A stretch of 63,380 nt of DNA, filler included, from Stramenopiles sp. TOSAG23-2 (Eukaryota), in assembly GCA_900128395.1 (NCBI GenBank). It is 11 parts of 11 records of this genome, joined end to end, with 100 filler letters (N's around TTAATTAATTAA, not from the genome) between each part and the next. Parts side by side here need not be neighbours in the genome. Positions count along the whole stretch, not along the records: positions 1 to 8,108 come from LT650236.1; positions 8,209 to 16,304 come from LT650237.1; 9 more parts are not named here. One strand, written 5' to 3'. The first letter of the stretch is position 1; each line of letters starts with the position of its first letter. Under the pieces are notes generated by a model. The model searched no databases. It saw only the letters and a list, made by a program, of their open reading frames with translations, and had not been told where the DNA came from. Made by a program: the position numbers and the translations under genes. Positions 1 through 10,134 of this stretch are shown here, in pieces.

Positions 1-79
1 TCAAAAAAATTACAAAGGTAAATAGACAGTGTTGTAGACCCACAAAGAAGATTATTGTTTTTTATGCAATATTAGGAAA

Positions 80-2929
80 ATGAATAGATATCATAGAAGA
101 AAAAGAAATAATCACGGTAATAATGGAACAAATACTTCCTGTTTTTCATATATATGGAATGCCCCACTGCGTATTGCATTGCCTATTATTGTTTTTGTAG
201 TATGTGTATTACCTATAATAGTTGTATTGCAAGTTTCTACCGCCGATAAGATATTCCAAGGAGGTAGAATAAAAGCACAAATCAATCGTGCAAATTTAAG
301 ACGGCAAGTACCAGTAGAAGATAAAATAGTTATTGTTCAAATACAAGAGGAAGCTGTAAGACAAGCTGAAGAGTCATCGTTAATACACGATATGGAAGAG
401 CAGTTAGAAGAAGATTTGAAAAAATTTAGGAAACAACGGGGACCTGCTCTTCAACGCTATGAGAATGAATATTCAATGGAAAAAAAATTAGAGAAAGAAA
501 GTCGTAAAAAGAATAGCTTAGTTCATATACCTGGAGAGGAAAATGGATCGCCTGGTAGACAATATGAAAAGGAAAAATTGAAGGCAAGTTATGAAGAAAA
601 AATTAATGCAATAAAAAAAGATCAAGAATTTCGACTTCATGAAATAGAGGAAGAAAATAAAAAAAAATTAGACAAAGAAAAGAAACAAATGGCAAAGCAT
701 ATTAAACAATCATTAATGAAACATCGGGAAAGTTTAGATGAAAGCAAATCGCTTCATAAAGTTGCTTTAGAAAGTAGAAAAAGATTGGATGCTAGTAAAA
801 ATTTATTGAATTATTTATGTTCCTTAGAAGATCGTGAATTAAAAATATTAGCAAAAGAAACTGGAAAACGGGGATACCCATACAAAAAAGGCATGTGCTT
901 AGGTAGTGAAGGAGTTGAATCGAAATTACCATTGGATTATAATAATTCAAAATATTTCCAAGTTGCGGTATTCGAAGGTCATACAATATCTAAACGGTTG
1001 ACATCCTATGTATTTAATCATATAGCAGATAAATCATCTGGCCATCATCATTTAAGTAGTCGTTTCAATGAGCAACATTTCAATTTACCGAAAAAATTAA
1101 CCAATAATATCCCATTAGATGCTTTTCGCGATGCTGCTATTTTGATACACCCATGGTTAGGTGCATTTTACAAAGTGCGAGTGCCATTGATCATGGATGA
1201 TAAAAGAAACAGCGAGGCAGCAAGAGATGCAGCAAAAAGGAAAAATATATATGCATATAGGAAAGAATGTTATCGTCGACCGTGGTCAAATTTCAATGCG
1301 AAGGATGTTGATACTAGTATTAGTTTCAAAAAATCATTTAATCGCTTTAAAGATATTTTTAAACAACAAGCATCGAAATTTGTTAATAAGTACATTACCC
1401 ATAAGGATGATGATGGGCCATCAGGGGAGGAAGATTTAGATAATAATGATAGAAACAACAACAATAAGCTTGGCGTTGTTGATACTAATGGGGGAAAAAA
1501 AAGTGTGATTTCAATCGTTATTATGTTGCATAGTTCCATACGTACGAATTCTTTAGCAAAATTATATAAGCAAATATCATCATCCAAATTTAAACGTGCT
1601 ATACATCCTTTTACTGCACGTTTAATATTTGTTTTATGTCCATTTGATAAGTGTAAAACGAAGGGAAAACTGTTAAATGAATTAGGTAAAAATGGGGCCA
1701 TTGTACGCAACAATGATGCTGATTTATTATCAATTGTAGAAACTCAACGATATGGGGATGCATGGGATTGGTGGTTTCGAGGATTGCAATCTGGTTTAGC
1801 ACAAATCGATGATGAGAATGAGCCTATTGTTTTATTAGATGGGCATACGTCAAATATACCCGTGTCCTTATTAATGTCTGTCGCTAAAAATGTTGGCCAG
1901 TACCAACGCGTTGTATTTCCACTTACATATCATTTATGCCCAACACACAACTGGAGAAGCACCTATAGCAATAAAAAAACAGCTAAATCATATAACAATA
2001 TTAGTAAAACACCATATGATGCAATTGAAAACAAAATTCCTGGATATTTACAAAAACGGGTAATAAATATTGCATTTACTAAAAAAGATGGAGTAAAAGC
2101 ATTGAATGATATTGACCCGTCATCAAACGATGATGATAGTGATAAAGAAAAAAACATTGGTGATGAGAAAATTGGGAATAAAGATAACAAGAACAAGGAC
2201 AATAATAATAATCTTGATAATACACCAATCCTAGGCTCAGCCGTGTCAGCATGTGGGCGTTTAATGTTGGCAGAATATTTTTATGAAAAAGATCATTTAA
2301 ATATTCATCGTAATTATCTAGCTGGCAATAATCTACAATTGCATGGATGGAATAGATTCATAGCAGAGAAAGCTGCACTGCAACATGCAGAATTAGCTAT
2401 GAAACAAAACAACCAAGACTTTACAGCATCTCGAATCAGGCAAGAAGTTTTAGCACAAAAAAGCAACAATGTAACTGCTAAAACAGATGTTAAATTACTT
2501 ACTAAAGGATTGAAAATGTTGAAAAATAATAGTGATGTGAAGAAACAATTAATAGCATCGAGTGAAGAGTTAAAAGCGAAGGAACAAACATCATTGCCAT
2601 TGACTATGCTTATACCAGAAGTTCCATTTTTAGGGCACAAAAAATGTGCAATGGCTGCTGATACTATGAGTTATTGTGAAGGAGGGACATGCGCAACGGA
2701 GGAATTAGCTTTTTTGACAATTATTGATAATAAAAAAGATTTATCTTTATTACGTTGTTCAGCTGAAACGTTAATGAATCCTTCTGATGGGCCTGGAGAA
2801 CAAATTGAAAATATAAATGATGTACAAACATATTTTCATCCAGATATTGGTTATGAATATAGTGCATTAATTGATCATGAAAATGTGAAATTCAGTTGGA
2901 ATTTGTTGAAACCTGATATGCATCAATAG
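80..2929 (+). CDS. Type II membrane protein: coiled-coil stem plus divergent chondroitin synthase/polymerizing-factor-like (CHGN-type) glycosyltransferase region
   Basis: 949-aa ORF. Basic N-tail, one TM helix (IALPIIVFVVCVLPIIVVL), charged coiled coil. IHPWLGAFYKVRVPL..YRRPW, ISIVIML, VVFPLTY and FHPDIGYEY resemble CHSY/CHPF motifs from memory; the family call is tentative. Confidence 0.6.
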   Translation: MNRYHRRKRNNHGNNGTNTSCFSYIWNAPLRIALPIIVFVVCVLPIIVVLQVSTADKIFQGGRIKAQINRANLRRQVPVEDKIVIVQIQEEAVRQAEESSLIHDMEEQLEEDLKKFRKQRGPALQRYENEYSMEKKLEKESRKKNSLVHIPGEENGSPGRQYEKEKLKASYEEKINAIKKDQEFRLHEIEEENKKKLDKEKKQMAKHIKQSLMKHRESLDESKSLHKVALESRKRLDASKNLLNYLCSLEDRELKILAKETGKRGYPYKKGMCLGSEGVESKLPLDYNNSKYFQVAVFEGHTISKRLTSYVFNHIADKSSGHHHLSSRFNEQHFNLPKKLTNNIPLDAFRDAAILIHPWLGAFYKVRVPLIMDDKRNSEAARDAAKRKNIYAYRKECYRRPWSNFNAKDVDTSISFKKSFNRFKDIFKQQASKFVNKYITHKDDDGPSGEEDLDNNDRNNNNKLGVVDTNGGKKSVISIVIMLHSSIRTNSLAKLYKQISSSKFKRAIHPFTARLIFVLCPFDKCKTKGKLLNELGKNGAIVRNNDADLLSIVETQRYGDAWDWWFRGLQSGLAQIDDENEPIVLLDGHTSNIPVSLLMSVAKNVGQYQRVVFPLTYHLCPTHNWRSTYSNKKTAKSYNNISKTPYDAIENKIPGYLQKRVINIAFTKKDGVKALNDIDPSSNDDDSDKEKNIGDEKIGNKDNKNKDNNNNLDNTPILGSAVSACGRLMLAEYFYEKDHLNIHRNYLAGNNLQLHGWNRFIAEKAALQHAELAMKQNNQDFTASRIRQEVLAQKSNNVTAKTDVKLLTKGLKMLKNNSDVKKQLIASSEELKAKEQTSLPLTMLIPEVPFLGHKKCAMAADTMSYCEGGTCATEELAFLTIIDNKKDLSLLRCSAETLMNPSDGPGEQIENINDVQTYFHPDIGYEYSALIDHENVKFSWNLLKPDMHQ

Positions 2930-3813
2930 TTGTGTTATTTATAAGTTAAATAAAAAAACCGTAAAATAGAGAATACAAAAGTGTGTAATACGAATGATAT
3001 ATTAGTATTGTAATCATTTAAAAGAATATAAAAGAATATATATAAAAAATTCTCTTATTTAGAATATATATATATATTGAAAATTCTTTTTCAAATTATC
3101 ACACGACGAGCCCTTGTTGACCCGTTTCGTTGCGTCCACCAAACAGTTTTTCTCCCGCATGCAGGCAAACTAAAAGTACGTCGGCTACGTCGGCTTGCCC
3201 AAACAAAACTGGTGCTGGGCCAGGCAGCACTCTCTAAGGCAGTGCGTTTTACCGCCTTGCTTGCTTGTCCCGCACGTTCCAAACTTGTTGTCAAAGGTGC
3301 CAAACGCCTGAGCACTTTATCGAATTCGGCCAACAATCTTTCTCCGAGGACGAAGTGCGCGTTTTTACTAGAGAGGATCCGCTCTAGTTTTTACTACCCT
3401 GTCTAATTCTTTGTTCAAATCTTTACAGATTTCAACTAAATCACCTTTACTGTTGATATTCTTTTTCGGCTTTTATGTCAAAAACTGGAGCATAAGTTTC
3501 CAATGGCATAGGAATAGTAGAATGGGCGTTTTTGTGGATGTGGCAAATTATATTTTGACACATATTAATTAAGTACATCTATTTGTATTCTTTCTAATAA
3601 TAGCCCAATCAAGTTGTCAGTTCAATGTTCAACCATCTTCTCAGAATCCATTAAGATAAAGATTCTCCTCCAACAACACCTACTAAATTATAAAAAATGA
3701 ATATGCAATTGGGTTTTTTTTTATCCAATATATATGATGATGTGAAAAGAAAGATACTGTATAATGTAAAGTTAACTACGTAAACACGTAAAAATCTTCG
3801 TGTCCAAAACAAT

Positions 3814-5724
3814 ATGTCAAGAGCACATTTAATATACGGTAACAAAACAAATGGTAATAATTATGAGGATACCTATTACAATTGGTCGAAACATCAACAA
3901 TTAATGCCACGTTTACCCGTTCCATCATTACATGACACAATTGAAGGATATTTATCAAGTGTGAAACATTTATTATCAACTGAGGAGTACGAAGTGACAA
4001 AGAATGTTGCAAATGACTTTTTATTGAATGAAGGCAAGAATTTACATGAGGAATTATTGGAACGAAATAGGCAAGCGATATTATTAAATGAAAATACAAG
4101 TTTCGTACGTCCTTTTTGGAATGATATGTACTTATGCGGTCGATATGCAAATCCTATTAATTCAAATCCATTTTTTGTTTTGGATTGGGATGCTAGAAAC
4201 ACAACACAAGCGAAACGAGCATCATCATTAGTTTGTGCATTTACACAATTTTACCATGCAATGAATGAAAATAGGTTAGCACCTGATATGGCTGGAACAC
4301 AACCCCAATGCATGGATGAATATAGTAGATTATTTGCATGCTCTCGTATACCAATGTCGGGAAAAGATCAATGGCGAAGTACTAAAAATAGTAGACATAT
4401 TGCTATTCTTCGTGGTTCAAAGATTTATACGTTGCCAATTATAGCAGATGATGGAATTATTCCTGAAAATACATTGACAAATATTTTGGATGATTTGTTA
4501 AAAAATACTATAAATCAATCTAACAGCGAAGATGTGTTATTAGGAAATTTATGTTCATGGTCGCGTAATGAATGGGCATCAGTTAGATCTAAAATTGCGA
4601 CTACTCATGCAGAATCATTGGATTTAATTGATAGCGCGATATTTGTATTATGTTTAGATTATATCGATCCTGGGGATTCGTTTGATGTGCAATGTAATAT
4701 TGCACTTCACGGTGGTGGTCAACATCGTTGGTACGATAAAACATTTAATTTAAGTGTAGCACCAAATGCAGCTGCAAGTGTTAACTTTGAACATTCTATG
4801 TATGATGGCGCGGCGATAAGGCGTTTATTGGATGAAACATGGTTAAAAATGCGTGAGATGGATACTGGACGTCCAGATTTTAATTGGAAATGGTCAAATA
4901 ATAATAATGTAAATAATTGGAATCACCCAAAACAAGTAGATTTGAACTTTCCTGAACATGTATTTAAATACATTCATGATGCGACCGAGTTTCACACTAC
5001 TAATATTAATAGTGTAAATGTATCGTTTTTAGATTTTCAACAATTTGGTAAAAACAAAGCGAAAACATTTAAATGTAGTCCAGATGGTCTTGTTCAAATT
5101 TGTTTACAATGGGCATATTATCGATTGCATAATAAATCACCAGGATTTTGTTATGAACCTGCGTCTACGAAAGGGTTTTTATGTGGTAGAACAGAAGTAG
5201 TACGAGCTTCTACAAAAGCTAGTAGTGATTTTGTGGATTACATGGTTGGCAACAATGTTAATAAAGCAATTGCGATTGAACTTTTACAAAATGCATGTAA
5301 TGAACATAGTAAAAATGCACGAAATGCTGTTAATGGCAAAGGTGTTGATCGTCATCTTTTTTCCTTGTTCAAAATTGCTCAATTACGTGGTGGTGAGATT
5401 CCTGCCATTTACAGAGACAAAGCTTGGGAAGTATCAAATACGTCGATCATTAGTACTAGCAATGTAACATCTGAAATGATTCGTTGTGTTGGATTTGGAC
5501 CAGTTGTTCCAAATGGATATGGCATAGCATATGGCATATTGAATGATACTATCAATTTAAGTGCATCAAATTTCACACAAGTAGTTGGCAGTGGTGATGG
5601 TGGTTTTGGAGGAGTGACAAGAGAAACAAAAGAATATACAATTGATACAGATTGTCAAAAATTTTGTAAAATGGTTGGTCAATGTTTAATCGATATTGAG
5701 AATATGTTTGAGATTGAATCGTAG
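3814..5724 (+). CDS. Choline/carnitine O-acyltransferase (CPT2/CrAT-like)
   Basis: PRLPVPSL, RWYDK, catalytic FEHSMYDG, SPDGLVQ, YEPASTKGFLCGRTE, GVDRHL, STS and GFGPVVPNGYG motifs. Confidence 0.95.
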   Translation: MSRAHLIYGNKTNGNNYEDTYYNWSKHQQLMPRLPVPSLHDTIEGYLSSVKHLLSTEEYEVTKNVANDFLLNEGKNLHEELLERNRQAILLNENTSFVRPFWNDMYLCGRYANPINSNPFFVLDWDARNTTQAKRASSLVCAFTQFYHAMNENRLAPDMAGTQPQCMDEYSRLFACSRIPMSGKDQWRSTKNSRHIAILRGSKIYTLPIIADDGIIPENTLTNILDDLLKNTINQSNSEDVLLGNLCSWSRNEWASVRSKIATTHAESLDLIDSAIFVLCLDYIDPGDSFDVQCNIALHGGGQHRWYDKTFNLSVAPNAAASVNFEHSMYDGAAIRRLLDETWLKMREMDTGRPDFNWKWSNNNNVNNWNHPKQVDLNFPEHVFKYIHDATEFHTTNINSVNVSFLDFQQFGKNKAKTFKCSPDGLVQICLQWAYYRLHNKSPGFCYEPASTKGFLCGRTEVVRASTKASSDFVDYMVGNNVNKAIAIELLQNACNEHSKNARNAVNGKGVDRHLFSLFKIAQLRGGEIPAIYRDKAWEVSNTSIISTSNVTSEMIRCVGFGPVVPNGYGIAYGILNDTINLSASNFTQVVGSGDGGFGGVTRETKEYTIDTDCQKFCKMVGQCLIDIENMFEIES

Positions 5725-5757
5725 AAAAATGCGACTCCATATATGTATCACATTTTA

Positions 5758-7242
5758 TCATGCTGATGGTGGGAAAGCTGCTGCTAATTCTTCTGCTTCT
5801 GACTCGACATCATCTTGTTGCACATCAAAATATTTGATTTCGCCTTTTAAAAATGCTTTTTTCGATGTTGGTGTACCGATTTTACTTTCTCCACCTACAT
5901 CACCTAAACGTGGGCTTGGGCATGATCCTAATCCGGCTAACAAAAATGCAGCATCCATATCCTTTGCACCACTACTTTCTGGACTTGTCCAAATACTTTC
6001 CAAGCCTGGAATTGTTGGTCTATCCCAAACTTTAGCATGGCGCATTGGTGTGGTACCATTTGTAATGTGGTCAATTAAATTTGCATTTATCATACGTGTG
6101 CGTTTACGTGGTGGTAAATGTTTTTCCATTGCATCTGGAGTATTTGATATGGAAGTTGGCGATGCTTTGCTCCTATTTTTGTTGTTACTTTTTGCAGTTT
6201 TACGTTTACGACCAACAGTTTTCATAAGCGATTCTTCATGACTACTAATAAGCGATTCTAATTGTATAAGGCTATCACTCCTACGGCTATTGCGGCTTAT
6301 GCGACCAACGCGACTATTGTTGTTGTTGTTGTTGTTGGCTTTTTTTTTAGTTTTCTTGCTATTGGCTGATTTATTACTATTATTAAGTTGTTGCGCTGCT
6401 TTTGCTGCTGCTTTTTTCTTGGCTGCTTTATTTTTCCTTTCTTTCTTCTCTGCTGCTTTTCTCTTCTCAGTTTCCGTAGGACCTTCAACCTTTTTTCGTA
6501 AGGATGCATACCACCTATTTTTAACGTCATTATCGCTTCTGCCTGGTAACATCCTAGCTATTTTCGCCCAACGATTTCCTAACTTTGCTCTTATTTCTAT
6601 GATGACATCTTCCTCCTCTTTTGTCCATGCTTTCTTAGTCAAGTCAGGGTTTAAATGATTGTGCCATCTTTCACGACATTGTTTTCCAATACGTCCTGGT
6701 AAAAATTTTCCGATGTAAGACCATTTCGTCTTGCCATATTTTTGTACTAGTTGTCTTAGTTTTAAATCTTCCTCCGGTGTCCACGAACCTTTGCCTTTCA
6801 CTACGCATGGATTCAAAACGTTACGCCAATGTTGCAAGCATTGCACTTCCGTCTTCTTTGCACCGAAGCAATCAGAAATTTTCTTCCAGTTTTTACCTTT
6901 GTACAGTGCAACAGCTGCACGTAACATTTCGTCTTCCTCTGGTGTCCAACGTACTGATTCTTTGGATGGTGACTCCAACATATTTATCTCTTCCTCAGTC
7001 ATAGGTGGTGGTGGTGGCGGATTTTCATATTTTTTCTTTTGTGGCGTTTTCTTATGATTTTTTGCTAATTTGTTATTTGCGGTCGTGTTGTCGTTGGCGG
7101 TACTATTGGTCTTATTGTCGTTGCTAGTTGCATTTGTTTTGTTGTTTGTTGTTGTTACTGAGGATGATGGTGGTGTTGTAACTTCATCTTTTGCATTTAC
7201 AATATTATTTGTAGTATTTGCACTATCAACAATTGTAGCCAT
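5758..7242 (-). CDS. R1R2R3 (3R) MYB transcription factor
   Basis: Three MYB repeats (WTPEED, WTPEED, WTKEEE) with KQCRERWHNHLNP and GRSDNDVKNRW. Confidence 0.95.
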   Translation of the reverse strand: MATIVDSANTTNNIVNAKDEVTTPPSSSVTTTNNKTNATSNDNKTNSTANDNTTANNKLAKNHKKTPQKKKYENPPPPPPMTEEEINMLESPSKESVRWTPEEDEMLRAAVALYKGKNWKKISDCFGAKKTEVQCLQHWRNVLNPCVVKGKGSWTPEEDLKLRQLVQKYGKTKWSYIGKFLPGRIGKQCRERWHNHLNPDLTKKAWTKEEEDVIIEIRAKLGNRWAKIARMLPGRSDNDVKNRWYASLRKKVEGPTETEKRKAAEKKERKNKAAKKKAAAKAAQQLNNSNKSANSKKTKKKANNNNNNNSRVGRISRNSRRSDSLIQLESLISSHEESLMKTVGRKRKTAKSNNKNRSKASPTSISNTPDAMEKHLPPRKRTRMINANLIDHITNGTTPMRHAKVWDRPTIPGLESIWTSPESSGAKDMDAAFLLAGLGSCPSPRLGDVGGESKIGTPTSKKAFLKGEIKYFDVQQDDVESEAEELAAAFPPSA

Positions 7243-8108
7243 GATGATGGGGTATATAAAATGAGAAATGTAAAAATAATAAATATGTTATATATGTGTA
7301 TGTTATTGATATTATATGTGTTGTTTCTGTTCTGTGAATATTGTTTGTATATGTATACTTTCATTTGTGAGTGTTTCGTGCTTTTATTCATTCTTTTATG
7401 ATGATAAATGCGAACTATTTAGGAATTAGTGAAGTGATTGATGTGTGATATCTAATGATATTTCCATAGTAATACAATCCGGGATATCTTTTTTAGCGTG
7501 GTGTGGGAGTAGTTTCTGTGTGATTTTAGCGGGAGGAAGAAAATATTAGCACTATTTCTATGGTACCATCTAGTTGGTGGCTACAAACTTATAACGTCTA
7601 CCTGTGAATGCTGTGTCCTTACTCAGGAAACCACCGCAATGCTATTCTTATAGTAGTTCTAGAGTGAGCTACTCACCAGGCTCGTAAAGGCGACAAAAAC
7701 ATTCATGAAACAGTAGAAATTAGTGTACTTGATAGTGTAGTATAGTTTTGCTAGACACAACCTAAATTAAAATATTAAAATACACAAATACACTATCCAC
7801 TATCCACTATATCCGGACTATATAAACTTCTAGAACTAATATATTAATACATAATACATAGCATTGTTGTAGATACATAAATACACTACCAACTACCATA
7901 GCATTGTTGTAAATGATATTCCTATGTATATATGTACTATATCTATGCAAATTATTAACATGGATATAGCACTATAGCATCCACGATTATACTCTGGTGT
8001 TTTATCCACTTATGGCACTATGTGAAATAACTTCTTTTTGATGATATAATATATTAACTTCTATAAAATTAACTATTTACCAATCTATATGCACGTTGGA
8101 AAAATTGA

Positions 8109-8208
8109 NNNNNNNNNNNNNNNNNNNNNNNNNNNNNNNNNNNNNNNNNNNNTTAATTAATTAANNNNNNNNNNNNNNNNNNNNNNNNNNNNNNNNNNNN
8201 NNNNNNNN
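8109..8208. other. Artificial contig linker (N44-TTAATTAATTAA-N44)
   Basis: The same 100-nt spacer with a six-frame stop occurs ten times; not biological. Confidence 0.99.
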
Positions 8209-8590
8209 TAGCTAGAAGTGATGCATGTATGTTGTCAATGTTGTCGTCGGTGGTGGTGGTGGTATTATTTATGAATGATTCAATGAATGATTCAGTAAGC
8301 ACAAACCCTTTCGTTTCTTCCGTGATATCAGCTAATCTCGGATCATTTTGATCTACTGGTACGGCAATTTTGTTTGTAAAAAATATTGCCAAAAATGTTA
8401 CTATGCAGTTTATTCCTTCATTAATGGTTGTTATAATGAATTTTGTATTTATTTTGTTTACTGTAGATATTAAATTATAAATTTTTATAATTAGTTGCTT
8501 GTATGACAGTTGTTTGTTGCAGCAAATAGCAATGTTGTTGCTATATACTTTGCACGAATGCAGTATTATTGATGCTACATTTGTATGCAT
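8209..8590 (-). CDS. Adenylate-forming (AMP-binding, NRPS-like/acyl-CoA synthetase) enzyme, N-terminal fragment cut by the contig end
   Basis: IAICCNKQLSYKQL (A1-like LSYxEL) and IVTFLAIFFTNKIAVPVDQNDPR (A2-like); the ORF runs into the linker. Confidence 0.65.
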
Positions 8591-9036
8591 ATTTATTTTG
8601 TATTTATTGATGTAATATATAATACTACCACTTGCTGAATTATGTATATGTATTAATATGTGTGTATTTAATTGATGAAGATATGTATTATATTATAAAT
8701 GGTGGGGAGATGGAGAAGAGACGAGATGAGACTCCACACGACTCCTCTCCTCTCTGTTGTCACGGAGACGAGTGAATAGACAGAATGAACAGCAAAAGTT
8801 GCGCAAAAAGTAAAATATATAGAGCAAGAAGTTTGATAAAGTACAGTATTAATAGTACAAAACACCACAAGCTTAAACTTAATATGATGAAGCATATAGT
8901 TTGAGGGACTGAAATATTATATTTTTTTTTTTATTATTACTATGTCGTCTGCTCTAATTTATACCTATAGTAATAACAAACACAAATATATAAATACAAA
9001 CGTCTACAACATTGTTTCATATTTTCTTAAATTCAT

Positions 9037-9858
9037 ATGATAGAAGGAAAAAACTCAATAACCATGTCAAGTTCAAATTGTCTAACATGCCATAGCCAAA
9101 AAGCTTTTATAAAAGCCCTGAAAAAGCAATTGGGGGAGCAAGAAAAAAAAATGTCCCAACTAATTGACATTGCAAAACGTGCAATAAATGCAAAGAAACT
9201 TTTAGAAGAACAAGTGAAAACATTACAGCAACAAAATGGTGGTGTAAGCACAAAAAAAACAAGAAGAAAGGTATCCAAAGAAGAAAGAATGGAGAAACTC
9301 TTGGAAAAATATAAGATATTAAAATTATTTTATCAATCATGCAATGACAAAGATGATTTTGTAAAAAGCAGTGATGATGATAGCCAGCTTATACAAGATT
9401 ATAAAGTTGCAGATTCTTCAAAAAGAAGCACCTGCCTTCTTCAATTTGTATATGGCATTGGAAAAAGATTAGCAGCAAAAGATCCAAAAGATTTTTTATC
9501 CTTTTGTGAGAAAATTGTTCTCCAAAATGGAACAAATAAAGATGATGAAAATTTTGATAAAAAGTCTAAAGCAAGAAGAAAAGATTTACAAAATTACTTA
9601 AACTTCTACAAGATTTTAAATTATTTTCATGAAGTAGGTAAATGGAAAAATCTTCATATATTCTTACAAATAGAATTCTATGTATCCCACCTTTTCAAAT
9701 TAATGTTAGTAGATAAAAAAGAGAATGAAAACAGCAAAGTTCTTAAAACAATAAATAAATATGAAGGAACAGAAACAACTAATTCAAGAAAAGTATCACC
9801 ATTGGAAAGAGCATTAACCAAATTAGTTGAAGAAGAAACAAAAAAAGATGAAGCATAA
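9037..9858 (+). CDS. Hypothetical coiled-coil/helical protein, strongly CpG-depleted
   Basis: 273-aa intact ORF; no secure family; one CG dinucleotide seen in 822 nt. Confidence 0.6.
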   Translation: MIEGKNSITMSSSNCLTCHSQKAFIKALKKQLGEQEKKMSQLIDIAKRAINAKKLLEEQVKTLQQQNGGVSTKKTRRKVSKEERMEKLLEKYKILKLFYQSCNDKDDFVKSSDDDSQLIQDYKVADSSKRSTCLLQFVYGIGKRLAAKDPKDFLSFCEKIVLQNGTNKDDENFDKKSKARRKDLQNYLNFYKILNYFHEVGKWKNLHIFLQIEFYVSHLFKLMLVDKKENENSKVLKTINKYEGTETTNSRKVSPLERALTKLVEEETKKDEA

Positions 9859-10134
9859 AAACAATACTTAATGAATGTTATCAATATGTATCCATAAAAT
9901 TAAACCAGCAATAAATAAAATGTATCATATCATATATGATATGATACTTGTAACAACGCCATAATAAAAATGTAAAAAAACAAAAAATATGTATGACTAT
10001 TATGATAAAAATGATAACTAATAAAAAACAATTTCGAGATTTATAATATAAAAACCTTGTACAAACATTTGTATACATTTTGTCATCTTTCAAATCATCA
10101 AGATCCTCTTGTTCTTCTTCCTCTTTTTCTTTTA

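Noticed and set aside
7524-7534. E2F-like site TTTTAGCGGGA upstream of the MYB gene
   Set aside because: Mismatched to consensus and short enough to arise by chance.
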